Positions 1 to 9,337 of a stretch of DNA of 64,000 nucleotides are shown here, one piece after another. The stretch is from a virus. The translations under genes and the position numbers were made by a program. The stretch lies in the IMG/VR virus record IMGVR_UViG_3300012954_000007; one strand, 5' to 3'. Every line of letters begins with the position of its first letter. Position 1 is the stretch's first letter. Below the pieces are notes generated by a model. The model worked only from the letters and a program-made list of their open reading frames with translations, searched no databases and had not been told where the DNA came from.

Positions 1-237
1 TTAGCTAAATCACTACAACAAAAAGAAATGGGATTAGCTACTATAGCAATTACAAAATCAAGGGTAGGACAAGACGGTATAGTGTTTGAAAATTGTAAAT
101 TTGATAACGCTACTTTAGAAATCGACACAGAACAATCCCAAACCCTTTTAGGATTAGAACAAGAAAGAGAAAGAAGAACTGCTGATAGGGTTAGAGCAGC
201 TTTAGATAGAAGAAATCAACAAATAAACCAACAATAA
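1..237 (+). CDS. C-terminal fragment of a DnaB/gp41-like replicative helicase (starts before the window)
   Basis: Frame is open from base 1 (LAKSLQQKEMGLATIAITKSRVGQDG...). 'IAITKSRxG' resembles DnaB motif H4 (K-x-R-x-G), and the gene sits before the RNR genes. Confidence 0.65.
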   Translation, partial: LAKSLQQKEMGLATIAITKSRVGQDGIVFENCKFDNATLEIDTEQSQTLLGLEQERERRTADRVRAALDRRNQQINQQ

Positions 238-248
238 AAATATATAAA

Positions 249-1259
249 ATGAGTAATAGTAAAAATTTATTTACAGAGAGAGTGGCATACAAACCTTTTG
301 AATATCCAGAATATTATACAGAAGGGTGGTTAAAACAAGCACAGGCATTTTGGTTACATACTGAAATTTCTATGCAGGGAGATGTAAAAGATTGGAAGGA
401 AAATCTTAACGAATCAGAAAAAAACTTAGTGGGTAATATCCTTTTAGGTTTCGCACAAACTGAATGTGCAGTATCAGATTATTGGACCAATATGGTAACT
501 GACTGGTTCCCTAAACATGAGATTAGACAAATGGCGATGATGTTTGGTAGCCAAGAAACAATACATGCAGTCGCATACTCATACTTGAATGAGACTTTAG
601 GTCTTGAAGATTTTGAAGCATTTTTACATGAAGAGGCTACTTCAGAAAAATTTGAATTATTGATGAATACTAAAGCAGATTACATTCACCATGATTTAGA
701 AGATGACCCAGAAGCTAGAAAAGATGTAGCTAGGAGTTTAGCTATATTTAGTGCATTTGCCGAAGGAGTTTCTTTATATTCATCATTCGCTGTACTCTAT
801 AGTTTCCAACTAAGAAACTTACTTAAAGGTATTGGACAACAAATGAAATGGAGTGTGAGAGACGAATCATTACATTCAAGAATGGGATGTAGATTATTTA
901 ATCACATGTGTGAAGAATATCCTGAATTAAGAGAAGAAAGTAAAAAAGACATTTACGATGCAGCTAAACTAATTGTAGAATTAGAAGAGAAATTTATCGA
1001 TAAAATGTTTGAAATGGGAGATTTAGAAAATTTAAAGTCTAGTGACTTAAAAGAGTTCATCAAACAAAGAACAAATGACAAATTAAAAGAGTTGGGTTAC
1101 GAAGAAATATTTGTCGTTAATCAAGAAAAATCCAGTAAATTAGACTGGTTCTATCACCTTACAGGTGGAGTAACCCATACTGACTTTTTTGCAATCAGAC
1201 CTACTGATTACAGTAAAGCTGGTGAGGATGATGATTGGGACGAAGATTCCCTTTTTTAA
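249..1259 (+). CDS. nrdB: Ribonucleotide reductase class I beta subunit
   Basis: Ferritin-like metal ligands E72, E103xxH106, AEG and DESLH; radical Tyr110; KPFEYP N-terminus; C-terminal HTDFFAIRPTDYSK. Confidence 0.97.
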   Translation: MSNSKNLFTERVAYKPFEYPEYYTEGWLKQAQAFWLHTEISMQGDVKDWKENLNESEKNLVGNILLGFAQTECAVSDYWTNMVTDWFPKHEIRQMAMMFGSQETIHAVAYSYLNETLGLEDFEAFLHEEATSEKFELLMNTKADYIHHDLEDDPEARKDVARSLAIFSAFAEGVSLYSSFAVLYSFQLRNLLKGIGQQMKWSVRDESLHSRMGCRLFNHMCEEYPELREESKKDIYDAAKLIVELEEKFIDKMFEMGDLENLKSSDLKEFIKQRTNDKLKELGYEEIFVVNQEKSSKLDWFYHLTGGVTHTDFFAIRPTDYSKAGEDDDWDEDSLF

Positions 1260-1281
1260 ATAATAAAATTTAATAGGAAAT

Positions 1282-3054
1282 ATGAAAAATTACGCAGAAC
1301 ATTTGGGCTGGGAGGTAGACGTGGACTTCCCAAGTTGGGCAAACACACACGTTTATATACAAACAATTTCTAATGGTTATTTACTACCAGGAGAGAAACC
1401 AAAAGATGCTTATTGGAGGGTATGTACTACAGTGGCAAAAAGATTAGGCAAACCACAACTGGCTACTAAATTCTTTGATTACATTTGGAAAGGTTGGCTT
1501 TGTTTAGCAAGTCCAGTATTAAGTAATACTGGAACCGAAAGAGGTTTACCTATTAGTTGCTTTGGTATCGATGTCGCAGATTCAATTCAAGATATTGGTC
1601 AAAAGAATTTAGAAATGATGTTACTCGCTAAACATGGTGGTGGAGTAGGTATAGGTATAAATCAGATTAGACCAGCAGGAGCTTCTATTACGGATAATGG
1701 AACTTCCGACGGGGTTGTACCATTTTGTAAAATATACGATTCAACAATACTAGCTACTAATCAAGGAGCTGTTAGAAGAGGAGCTGCCTCAGTTAATCTT
1801 AACATAGAACATAAAGATTTTATGGATTGGCTTGAAATAAGAGAACCTAAAGGAGACGTTAATAGACAATCACTTAATTTACATCAATGTGCTGTAGTTG
1901 GAGATAAATTCATGAGAAAATTAGAAGCTGGTGATAAAGAGTCACGTCAGAAATGGGCTTCATTAATTAAAAAACGTAGACAAACAGGAGAACCTTATAT
2001 AATGTATCGGGGTAATGTAAATAAACAAAATCCAGAATCTTATAAGAAGAATGGTTTAAAAGTTTATATGACTAATATATGTTCAGAAATTGTTTTACAT
2101 ACAGATGAAAATCATTCATTCGTTTGTTGTTTAAGTTCACTTAATCTCGCAAGATATGATGAGTGGAAAGACACGGATTTAATATATACAGCGACTTGGT
2201 TTTTGGATGGTGTCCTTGAAGAATTTATTCAAAAAGCAAAGTATAGAAAAGGATTTGAAAACGCTGTCAGAAGTGCAGAAAAAGGTAGAGCTTTAGGTTT
2301 GGGAGTTTTAGGATGGCACACATTTTTACAACAAAGAGGAATACCATTTGAAGGTCTTCCAGCACAATTTGAAACACGTAGAATTTTTGGTCAAATTAAA
2401 ACAGAATCAGAACAAGCTTCTAGAGATTTAGCTACAGAATACGGTGAACCACTATGGTGTGTGGGTAGTGGATTTAGAAATACTCACTTAAGAGCTGTCG
2501 CACCAACCGTATCAAACTCTAAATTAGCTGGTGGTGTATCCAGTGGAATTGAACCATTACCAGCAAACGTATATACTGACCAGAGTGCAAAAGGAACATT
2601 TATTAGAAAAAATAAAGAGTTAGAAAAAGTATTTAGAAAAATAGGTATAAATAACAAAGACACTTGGGATAAGATTCTTGCGGATGGAGGTAGTGTACAA
2701 GACATTAAAGAATTAGATAGTTGGGGTTATATGAACGGAAAAATAACTAATCTAGAAGAAAAAGAAAATACACATACAGACTTTATACCAGTTAAAGAAG
2801 TTTTCAAAACATTTAAAGAAGTAAATCAATTAGAATTGGTTAGACAAGCTGGTGTAAGACAACAATTTGTTGACCAAGCTGTATCTTTAAATTTAGCTTT
2901 CCCTAAAGAAGCAACACCAAAATGGATAAACCAAGTTCACCTTGAAGCGTGGAGACAAGGTGTGAAGACTCTTTATTATGTTAGAACAGAAAGTGTTTTG
3001 AGAGGAGATATTGCTGCAAAAGCAATGGAAGAGTGTGTTAGTTGTGAAGGTTAG
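1282..3054 (+). CDS. nrdA: Ribonucleotide reductase class I alpha subunit (no evident ATP cone)
   Basis: ASPVLSN, ISCF, GGGVG, TNICSEI (NxCxE), APTVSNS, SSGIEP, KTLYY and C-terminal CVSC. Confidence 0.97.
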   Translation: MKNYAEHLGWEVDVDFPSWANTHVYIQTISNGYLLPGEKPKDAYWRVCTTVAKRLGKPQLATKFFDYIWKGWLCLASPVLSNTGTERGLPISCFGIDVADSIQDIGQKNLEMMLLAKHGGGVGIGINQIRPAGASITDNGTSDGVVPFCKIYDSTILATNQGAVRRGAASVNLNIEHKDFMDWLEIREPKGDVNRQSLNLHQCAVVGDKFMRKLEAGDKESRQKWASLIKKRRQTGEPYIMYRGNVNKQNPESYKKNGLKVYMTNICSEIVLHTDENHSFVCCLSSLNLARYDEWKDTDLIYTATWFLDGVLEEFIQKAKYRKGFENAVRSAEKGRALGLGVLGWHTFLQQRGIPFEGLPAQFETRRIFGQIKTESEQASRDLATEYGEPLWCVGSGFRNTHLRAVAPTVSNSKLAGGVSSGIEPLPANVYTDQSAKGTFIRKNKELEKVFRKIGINNKDTWDKILADGGSVQDIKELDSWGYMNGKITNLEEKENTHTDFIPVKEVFKTFKEVNQLELVRQAGVRQQFVDQAVSLNLAFPKEATPKWINQVHLEAWRQGVKTLYYVRTESVLRGDIAAKAMEECVSCEG

Positions 3055-3065
3055 TATTTATTATT

Positions 3066-3257
3066 ATGTGTTTAAAATTTGAAAAAGAAGATTTTTATTT
3101 AGACGATAATAATAAAATGGTATTAACAGAAAAGTACCATATAAAAAAAGGTTCTTGTTGTGGTGGCAAATGTAAGCATTGTCCTTATTGGCCACCATAT
3201 CAAAAATCTAATAAAGAATTAAGGGAAGATGTACACACTGGACCTACACGGTTATAA
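3066..3257 (+). CDS. Small Cys-rich protein, DUF5522-like
   Basis: DFY..(K)MVLTEKYHIKKGSCCGGKCKHCPY pattern. Confidence 0.75.
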   Translation: MCLKFEKEDFYLDDNNKMVLTEKYHIKKGSCCGGKCKHCPYWPPYQKSNKELREDVHTGPTRL

Positions 3258-3447
3258 AATTAATGAAACTTACGATGTTGTAGATAGTTTTTTATTTGAC
3301 CACAAATTATACGATACTAAAAAAATAGAAATAATAACTGGAGACAGTAAAGTTATTAAATCGGTAGTTAGTGAAGTTGCAGAAAATTACGGATTTTCAT
3401 GTAAACCTCACATATATAATAAAGAAGTTCTAACACTATCAGTTTAG
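3229..3447 (+). CDS. Stand-alone Smr domain protein
   Basis: TLDLHG and IEIITG motifs of the Smr/MutS2 C-terminal domain. Confidence 0.8.
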   Translation: MYTLDLHGYKINETYDVVDSFLFDHKLYDTKKIEIITGDSKVIKSVVSEVAENYGFSCKPHIYNKEVLTLSV

Positions 3448-3462
3448 AATTATAAAACTGAA

Positions 3463-3474
3463 TATTTATAAATA
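3463..3474 (+). promoter_or_regulatory. Putative late promoter TATTTATA (palindromic TATTTATAAATA) upstream of the baseplate operon
   Basis: The motif ends 10 nt before the ATG at 3481, and the same 8-mer precedes many other genes in the window. Confidence 0.55.
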
Positions 3475-3480
3475 AAACTC

Positions 3481-3939
3481 ATGGCAGAAAGACAAACGTT
3501 TGGTATTGATTTTCCCTTTCAAGATAGTGTATATGGTGACTATTTAAAAATGACGGAAACCCCTGAAGATGAAATCAAAGCTAATCTTATACATTTGTTA
3601 TTAACCAGAAAAGGTAGTAGATATTTTTTACCCGATTTTGGAACCTCTCTTTATGAGTATATTTTTGAACCCTTAGATTCTCCTACTTTTGCATCCATAG
3701 AAGCAGAAATTAGGGAACAAGTAATTAAATACATACCTAACCTTAAGATTACCAATATAGAAGTAACACCCGCTTTAGAAGCTGAAGAACTTCCAGGAAC
3801 TGTGGTAGCAGATAATGACCCTAGAGTTTATAGGGTAGCAGGTCAAGGAACTAAAGAACATACAGCTAAAGTAAGAATTGACTTTACAATAACAAGTGAT
3901 GCTTTTGAAACCCGAGACTTCGTACTAATTAATATTTAA
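3481..3939 (+). CDS. Baseplate wedge protein, T4 gp25-like
   Basis: IKANLIHLLLTRKGSRYFLPDFGTSLYEYIFEP is the GPW/gp25 signature. Confidence 0.92.
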   Translation: MAERQTFGIDFPFQDSVYGDYLKMTETPEDEIKANLIHLLLTRKGSRYFLPDFGTSLYEYIFEPLDSPTFASIEAEIREQVIKYIPNLKITNIEVTPALEAEELPGTVVADNDPRVYRVAGQGTKEHTAKVRIDFTITSDAFETRDFVLINI

Positions 3940-3941
3940 TA

Positions 3942-5795
3942 ATGGCAAACAATAAAATATCATATTCGGAAAGAGACTTTGTTGGTTTAAGGGGTGAACT
4001 TTTAAACTATGTTAATGACCAGTATCCAGATTTAATACAAAACGCTAATGACGCTTCTCTATTTTCTGTTTTTTTAGATTTAAACGCAGCGATAGGAGAT
4101 AATTTACATTACCATATAGATAGAAGTTTACAAGAAACTGTTTTACAATACGCTAACCAGAGGTCTTCACTTTATAATATTGCTAGAACTTATGGTTTAA
4201 AAATACCAGGTACTAGACCTTCAGTTTCAGTTTGTGATTTTAGTATTACCGTACCAGTATTACAAACTTCGGGAGGGGGTGACAAAGAAGATTTTAGATA
4301 TTTAGGAACTTTAAGAAGAGGTTCACAAGTGAAAGGTGCTGGGCAAGTATTTGAAAATATTCATGACATAGATTTTTCAGTACCATTCGACTCAACAGGA
4401 TTCCCAAATAGAACTAAGACACCTAATTTTAATAATAACGGTACTATTGTAAGTTACACTATAACTAAAAGAGAAGTTGTTATAAATGGAATCACTAAAG
4501 TATTTAAAAGAGTTATTAATAGTACAGACATTTTACCTTTTTTAAAAGTTTATTTACCCGAAAAAAATGTATTAGGTGTTACAGGAGTAATTCAAAAAGA
4601 CGGTACTAACATTCAAGCTGTACCTAAAGCTACTGAGTTTTTAACTTCACAAAATAAATGGTATGAAGTAGACGCGTTAGCTCAAGACAAAGTTTTTATA
4701 GTTGATAGTAGTAAACCATCAGATTTACCTGGTGTTAAAGTGGGTAAATGGCAAAATGTAAACCAAAGGTTTATTACAGAGTATACCCCTGAAGGTTTTT
4801 TCTATTTAACTTTGGGTGGGGGAACCAGTAGTGCACAAGACAGTTTAGATGATTTTACTAGTCAAGAATTTACTATGGATTTGAGTAAATATATGAATAA
4901 TTTATCTCTAGGTTCATCACCTAAAGCAAATACAACTTTATTCATACAATATAGAGTGGGTGGGGGACAATCTACAAATATAGGACCTAATACTTTAAAT
5001 AGTTTTGGAACAATTGATTTTGTATTGAATGGACCTAACATTAATCTTAATAGGTCAGTTAATGAGTCTTTAACAGTTAACAATGTGACAGCCGCTATAG
5101 GTGGGTCAAATCAACCCACAGTAGAAGAAATTAGAAATTACATAGGATTTAATTTTTCATCACAAAAAAGAGCGGTTACTTTATCAGACTATAAAGTATT
5201 AATAGAAACAATGCCTTCGGTATTTGGTGCACCAGCTAAATGTGGTTTAATGGAAGTAGAAAATAAAGTAATGATTAAATTACTTTCATATAACACTGAT
5301 GGTTCTTTAACCTCTAATGTTAGTACTACTTTAATGAATAACATTAGTGAATATCTATCCGATTACAGAATGTTAAATGATTACATTAGTATAGAACCCG
5401 CAGAAGTTATAGACCTATCTTTAGAAATCGACCTACTAATAGACCCTTCTTTTAATAGTGGAGTAATAATAACCAACGTTATTAATACAACAAATGACTT
5501 TTTCGCACCTAAAAATAGAGAAATGGGTACTGATATTTTTGTTGGTGAACTAATCAAAAATCTAGCGTCTCAAGACGGTGTTAAAAATTTAATAGATTTA
5601 AGAATATATAACAAAGTAGGGGGTGAGTACTCCAGTAACGAAGTTTCCCAAAGATACCTAGACGACGCTACAAAACAAATAGAATTAATTGACGGAGTTA
5701 TTTTTTCACAACCTACACAATCATTTCAAGTCAAATACCCAACCAAAGACGTTATAGTTAGAGTTAAGTCTACAAATCAAACAACAGTATCTTAA
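3942..5795 (+). CDS. Baseplate wedge subunit, T4 gp6/baseplate-J-like
   Basis: RDF..LRGEL N-terminus, SLYNIARTYG, YRVGGG, AAIGG and QKRAVTLSDY; follows gp25. Confidence 0.88.
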   Translation: MANNKISYSERDFVGLRGELLNYVNDQYPDLIQNANDASLFSVFLDLNAAIGDNLHYHIDRSLQETVLQYANQRSSLYNIARTYGLKIPGTRPSVSVCDFSITVPVLQTSGGGDKEDFRYLGTLRRGSQVKGAGQVFENIHDIDFSVPFDSTGFPNRTKTPNFNNNGTIVSYTITKREVVINGITKVFKRVINSTDILPFLKVYLPEKNVLGVTGVIQKDGTNIQAVPKATEFLTSQNKWYEVDALAQDKVFIVDSSKPSDLPGVKVGKWQNVNQRFITEYTPEGFFYLTLGGGTSSAQDSLDDFTSQEFTMDLSKYMNNLSLGSSPKANTTLFIQYRVGGGQSTNIGPNTLNSFGTIDFVLNGPNINLNRSVNESLTVNNVTAAIGGSNQPTVEEIRNYIGFNFSSQKRAVTLSDYKVLIETMPSVFGAPAKCGLMEVENKVMIKLLSYNTDGSLTSNVSTTLMNNISEYLSDYRMLNDYISIEPAEVIDLSLEIDLLIDPSFNSGVIITNVINTTNDFFAPKNREMGTDIFVGELIKNLASQDGVKNLIDLRIYNKVGGEYSSNEVSQRYLDDATKQIELIDGVIFSQPTQSFQVKYPTKDVIVRVKSTNQTTVS

Positions 5796-5869
5796 TTAGT
5801 TTACATATTTCAGTCTACCATTAAATTTGATTTTGAGTAAATAACTATTTATTTTATAAAGAATCAAGT

Positions 5870-8800
5870 ATGCCTAAATCATATAGGATTAAAGCCCAAC
5901 CTAACGAAGACAAAAATATTTTTGTTAACTTAGAACAAGACTTTGACCAACTAGAAATATTAAGTTTAAAGATAGTCAAGTCAGATGTCTATTCTAGAAC
6001 CTGTGCTGATTACGGGGTTGTAGTTGGTCGTGCACAAGCAAATGGGGGTTTTGGGATACCTAACGCTAAAGTATCTATTTTTATACCTATAACAGAAGAA
6101 GATGAAGAGGACGAAGTTATATCTCAATTATACCCTTTTAAAAAAGTAACTGACAAAAATGAAGAAGGTTATAGGTATAATTTATTACCTAAAGAATCAG
6201 AAAGTTGTAATCATGTAGCCACTGGTAATTTTTTTACTCCTGAAGAAGTAATTAATAATCCAGTAATCTTAGAAGTTTTTGAAAAATATTATAAATTTAC
6301 CACTAAAACTAATGAAAGTGGTGATTATATGTTGTGGGGTGTACCGTTAGGTAATCAAACTATTCACACTAGTATTGATGTTAGTGATATTGGATGTTAT
6401 TCTATGAGACCCTACCAGTTTATTCGACAAGGTGAAAGTGAATCTAAATTTGAAAGTTCCTTAGAGTTTAAAACTTCTGAAAACTTAGACACACTACCCC
6501 AAATAGTTATACAAAATAAAGCGATTCAAGTAGTTCCATTTTGGGGTGATGAAAGTTTATGTGGTGTTGGGATAAGTAGGGTAGATTTTGACCTTAGAGA
6601 TTCTGGTGTTGAAATAGAACCGAGTGCTACATTTATGGGTTCTATTATTACAGATGATGATAATAATTATGTTTCTATAGAAGGAATGCCTGCTAAAGAA
6701 CAAGGACAGTTATGTAATTTAACTACTGGTACTGGAACTATAGAAGCTATTAGACATACAATTTTAAAAGAAGAAGATGGATGTACACCCAAACTAGAAA
6801 AATTCAATTTAGATAATGGTGGTAAAGTAATTGATGGAAATGGAGCATGGGTAACACAATTACCCATGAACTTAGATTTTGTAGTTACTAACGAGTATGG
6901 TCAACAAGTAGTTTCTGATGACCCTAAGGTAGGTATTGCTACTAAAGCAAAATATAGATTTAGAGTTTCTTTTGATGGTGCAGGAGGTGAGGTAAGAAGT
7001 GGTAGGTACTTAGTACCAAACATTAGAGAATATGACGGAACTACCAATAAAGATAAATCCTATTCTTTTTCAGACAAATTAGAAGACTATCCAGAAGTAA
7101 CCCTACCAGAAGATATATACGGTTCTCCGGCAAATCAATGTACAGATTATTTTTATGAATTTCTGCCAAACCGAGTATATAGTGTCGCTAATTTTATAGA
7201 CAATTATAGACAAAATGTTAATTCTGGGGGGAATAGAAGAGGTAATAGTAGATGGAGATTTTTGGGTATTAAATCTATAAATCCTCCAGCAGAAAGTAGA
7301 TGTACCGATATAACTAAAGAATTTCCAGTTAACGATGCGTTTAGAGGTGGTAGTACTAGATTTTCTACAGCACAAATAACTAGACTTTTACAAGTCATAA
7401 CATTAACAATCGCAGCATCCCTTATAAGTTACCAATTAGTAGCATTATTAGTTCAATTTGGACAACTGTGTTTAAAATCTGCTGGTACAGCTTCATTAGT
7501 TACAGTAGGTACTGTAGCTTCAGCTTCTGTAATAGATTTACCTGTAGGAGCTGCTTTATTAACTAATTTTTTAGGTGATATGATTGCTGGATTTATAGCA
7601 ATACCTATTTTAGGTATAGTTTTCTTTGTACCCATAGCTTGGGGACTAGTAAAAAACTTTTTTGTAGTTAGAAAGTTATACAATTATCCCAACTGTGAAC
7701 CCTGTTTTTGTGGGTCAACATTTAGTTTTAATGTGTACGTACTTATAAGTTTATTTATTAATGAAGAAGATAAAGTATTACAGGAAACCATAGCGGATGA
7801 CCCAGACAGTATAAACGATTGTAACCAAGAGAGGTATATGTTAGGATTTGCTGGTGACAATGCGTTTTATTGGAGGGGAAAACAAGACACTTATCCTAAA
7901 GGTTGTTATGTTTTACAATTTAGAGATTCTGTTTTTATTACATTTACAAGTTCTATAGTAGCTTTATCGATACTTTTATATATACCCGTAGCAGGTACTA
8001 TTGGTATATATATCGCGTTAGGTGCAACATTAATTACATTACTGGTTTTTTGTTTAGAAAGTGTATATAAAATGTATAGAAGTCTTAATCAGTGGAGAGT
8101 GTTAGCAAACATATATACAGCATTATGTGAAGGAGTATTTAATATGAAATTTAGTAATAATTGGGTTAATGGTACATTATATTTTCCTAAGTTTTTAACT
8201 AAAAAATTAAAAATAAATCAAACAACTGGTGAATCTATACCAGAAAGTTCACAAGTTACCGAATACACAACCAGATTAGTAAGGGAAATTAATGAAGAAG
8301 ATAACACCTATTTTTATTATAGGAGTTGTCCTTACGCACCAGGACTAGGATTCAAAGACCAAAATTTTCCAGAAGACCAATCTATCGGTCAAATAGCTGC
8401 TCATCACGGAATTAATTACCCTACAACTATTGTGGATTTAGGACCATTAGACCCATGTATTAATGATTTATGTCGTGACGAAAAAACAGAAGATAGTTGT
8501 TTATTTGTTGATAAATTAAAACCTAGTAGTTTTCAACCAACGACAGAGTTATTAGGGATGTTGATAGAAAGAAAAATTACTACTATAAGTTTAAATGGTA
8601 ATGGTTATAATTCATTTGTATGGTCTGGTGTAAATAAATGGTTTGGGGCAGACGCTAAACCAGGAGCTTCTTACGATAGAAACGTTGGTAATAGAAGATT
8701 TGGTAGTGATGGTACTGCAGCTAATCCAGGACCTTATCGTAATAGACCTATAGATGGTGACATAGCACAACTACTAGCGACTAATAACCAACTAGGAGTC

Positions 8801-9337
8801 TCCGTTTTTAGTACAGATTCTAGTGACCCATATTATGGTAGTGGGACCCCCTGGTTTAATCAAAACGGTGGGCCAATTCCGTATAATTCAGAACCTGTAA
8901 TTGGGCCAACCAATACCCCATTTGGATTAGTTCCTCGTAGTGTGGACTTAATAAATTGCATTCAAGGAGGAAGTTTTGGGATACCACAAACACAAGTTGT
9001 TCCTTATTATGATTGGGCGTCAAGTGGGTTTGGTAACTTTGATAATGATTATGATTGGAGTGGTATAGCGATAAAAGGATACCAACAAGGACTTTCATAT
9101 ACACTTCCTGGTTCAAATCAAATAAATTGGGTTACCCCACCTTATTACGATGGTAGTCCACAACCACCATTAGGGTTTTTTAATACAATACCTAGTAACA
9201 ATATAAGTTCACCTACAGGAAGTTTCCGTTTAGGGACAGGAATGTTTTTTTATTTTGGACTTCGTCAAGGAGCTTCCGCTTATGAAAGATTCATAAACGA
9301 ATATTTACCACCTAAAGATGATGCAGGAGAACTATAA
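5870..9337 (+). CDS. Large tail/baseplate-cluster protein with internal hydrophobic (membrane-like) segments
   Basis: N-terminal prealbumin-like beta sandwich (VVGR..GIPNAKVSIF; TNESGDYMLWGVPLG); long hydrophobic stretches at about aa 505-600 and 690-735. Confidence 0.7.
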   Translation: MPKSYRIKAQPNEDKNIFVNLEQDFDQLEILSLKIVKSDVYSRTCADYGVVVGRAQANGGFGIPNAKVSIFIPITEEDEEDEVISQLYPFKKVTDKNEEGYRYNLLPKESESCNHVATGNFFTPEEVINNPVILEVFEKYYKFTTKTNESGDYMLWGVPLGNQTIHTSIDVSDIGCYSMRPYQFIRQGESESKFESSLEFKTSENLDTLPQIVIQNKAIQVVPFWGDESLCGVGISRVDFDLRDSGVEIEPSATFMGSIITDDDNNYVSIEGMPAKEQGQLCNLTTGTGTIEAIRHTILKEEDGCTPKLEKFNLDNGGKVIDGNGAWVTQLPMNLDFVVTNEYGQQVVSDDPKVGIATKAKYRFRVSFDGAGGEVRSGRYLVPNIREYDGTTNKDKSYSFSDKLEDYPEVTLPEDIYGSPANQCTDYFYEFLPNRVYSVANFIDNYRQNVNSGGNRRGNSRWRFLGIKSINPPAESRCTDITKEFPVNDAFRGGSTRFSTAQITRLLQVITLTIAASLISYQLVALLVQFGQLCLKSAGTASLVTVGTVASASVIDLPVGAALLTNFLGDMIAGFIAIPILGIVFFVPIAWGLVKNFFVVRKLYNYPNCEPCFCGSTFSFNVYVLISLFINEEDKVLQETIADDPDSINDCNQERYMLGFAGDNAFYWRGKQDTYPKGCYVLQFRDSVFITFTSSIVALSILLYIPVAGTIGIYIALGATLITLLVFCLESVYKMYRSLNQWRVLANIYTALCEGVFNMKFSNNWVNGTLYFPKFLTKKLKINQTTGESIPESSQVTEYTTRLVREINEEDNTYFYYRSCPYAPGLGFKDQNFPEDQSIGQIAAHHGINYPTTIVDLGPLDPCINDLCRDEKTEDSCLFVDKLKPSSFQPTTELLGMLIERKITTISLNGNGYNSFVWSGVNKWFGADAKPGASYDRNVGNRRFGSDGTAANPGPYRNRPIDGDIAQLLATNNQLGVSVFSTDSSDPYYGSGTPWFNQNGGPIPYNSEPVIGPTNTPFGLVPRSVDLINCIQGGSFGIPQTQVVPYYDWASSGFGNFDNDYDWSGIAIKGYQQGLSYTLPGSNQINWVTPPYYDGSPQPPLGFFNTIPSNNISSPTGSFRLGTGMFFYFGLRQGASAYERFINEYLPPKDDAGEL

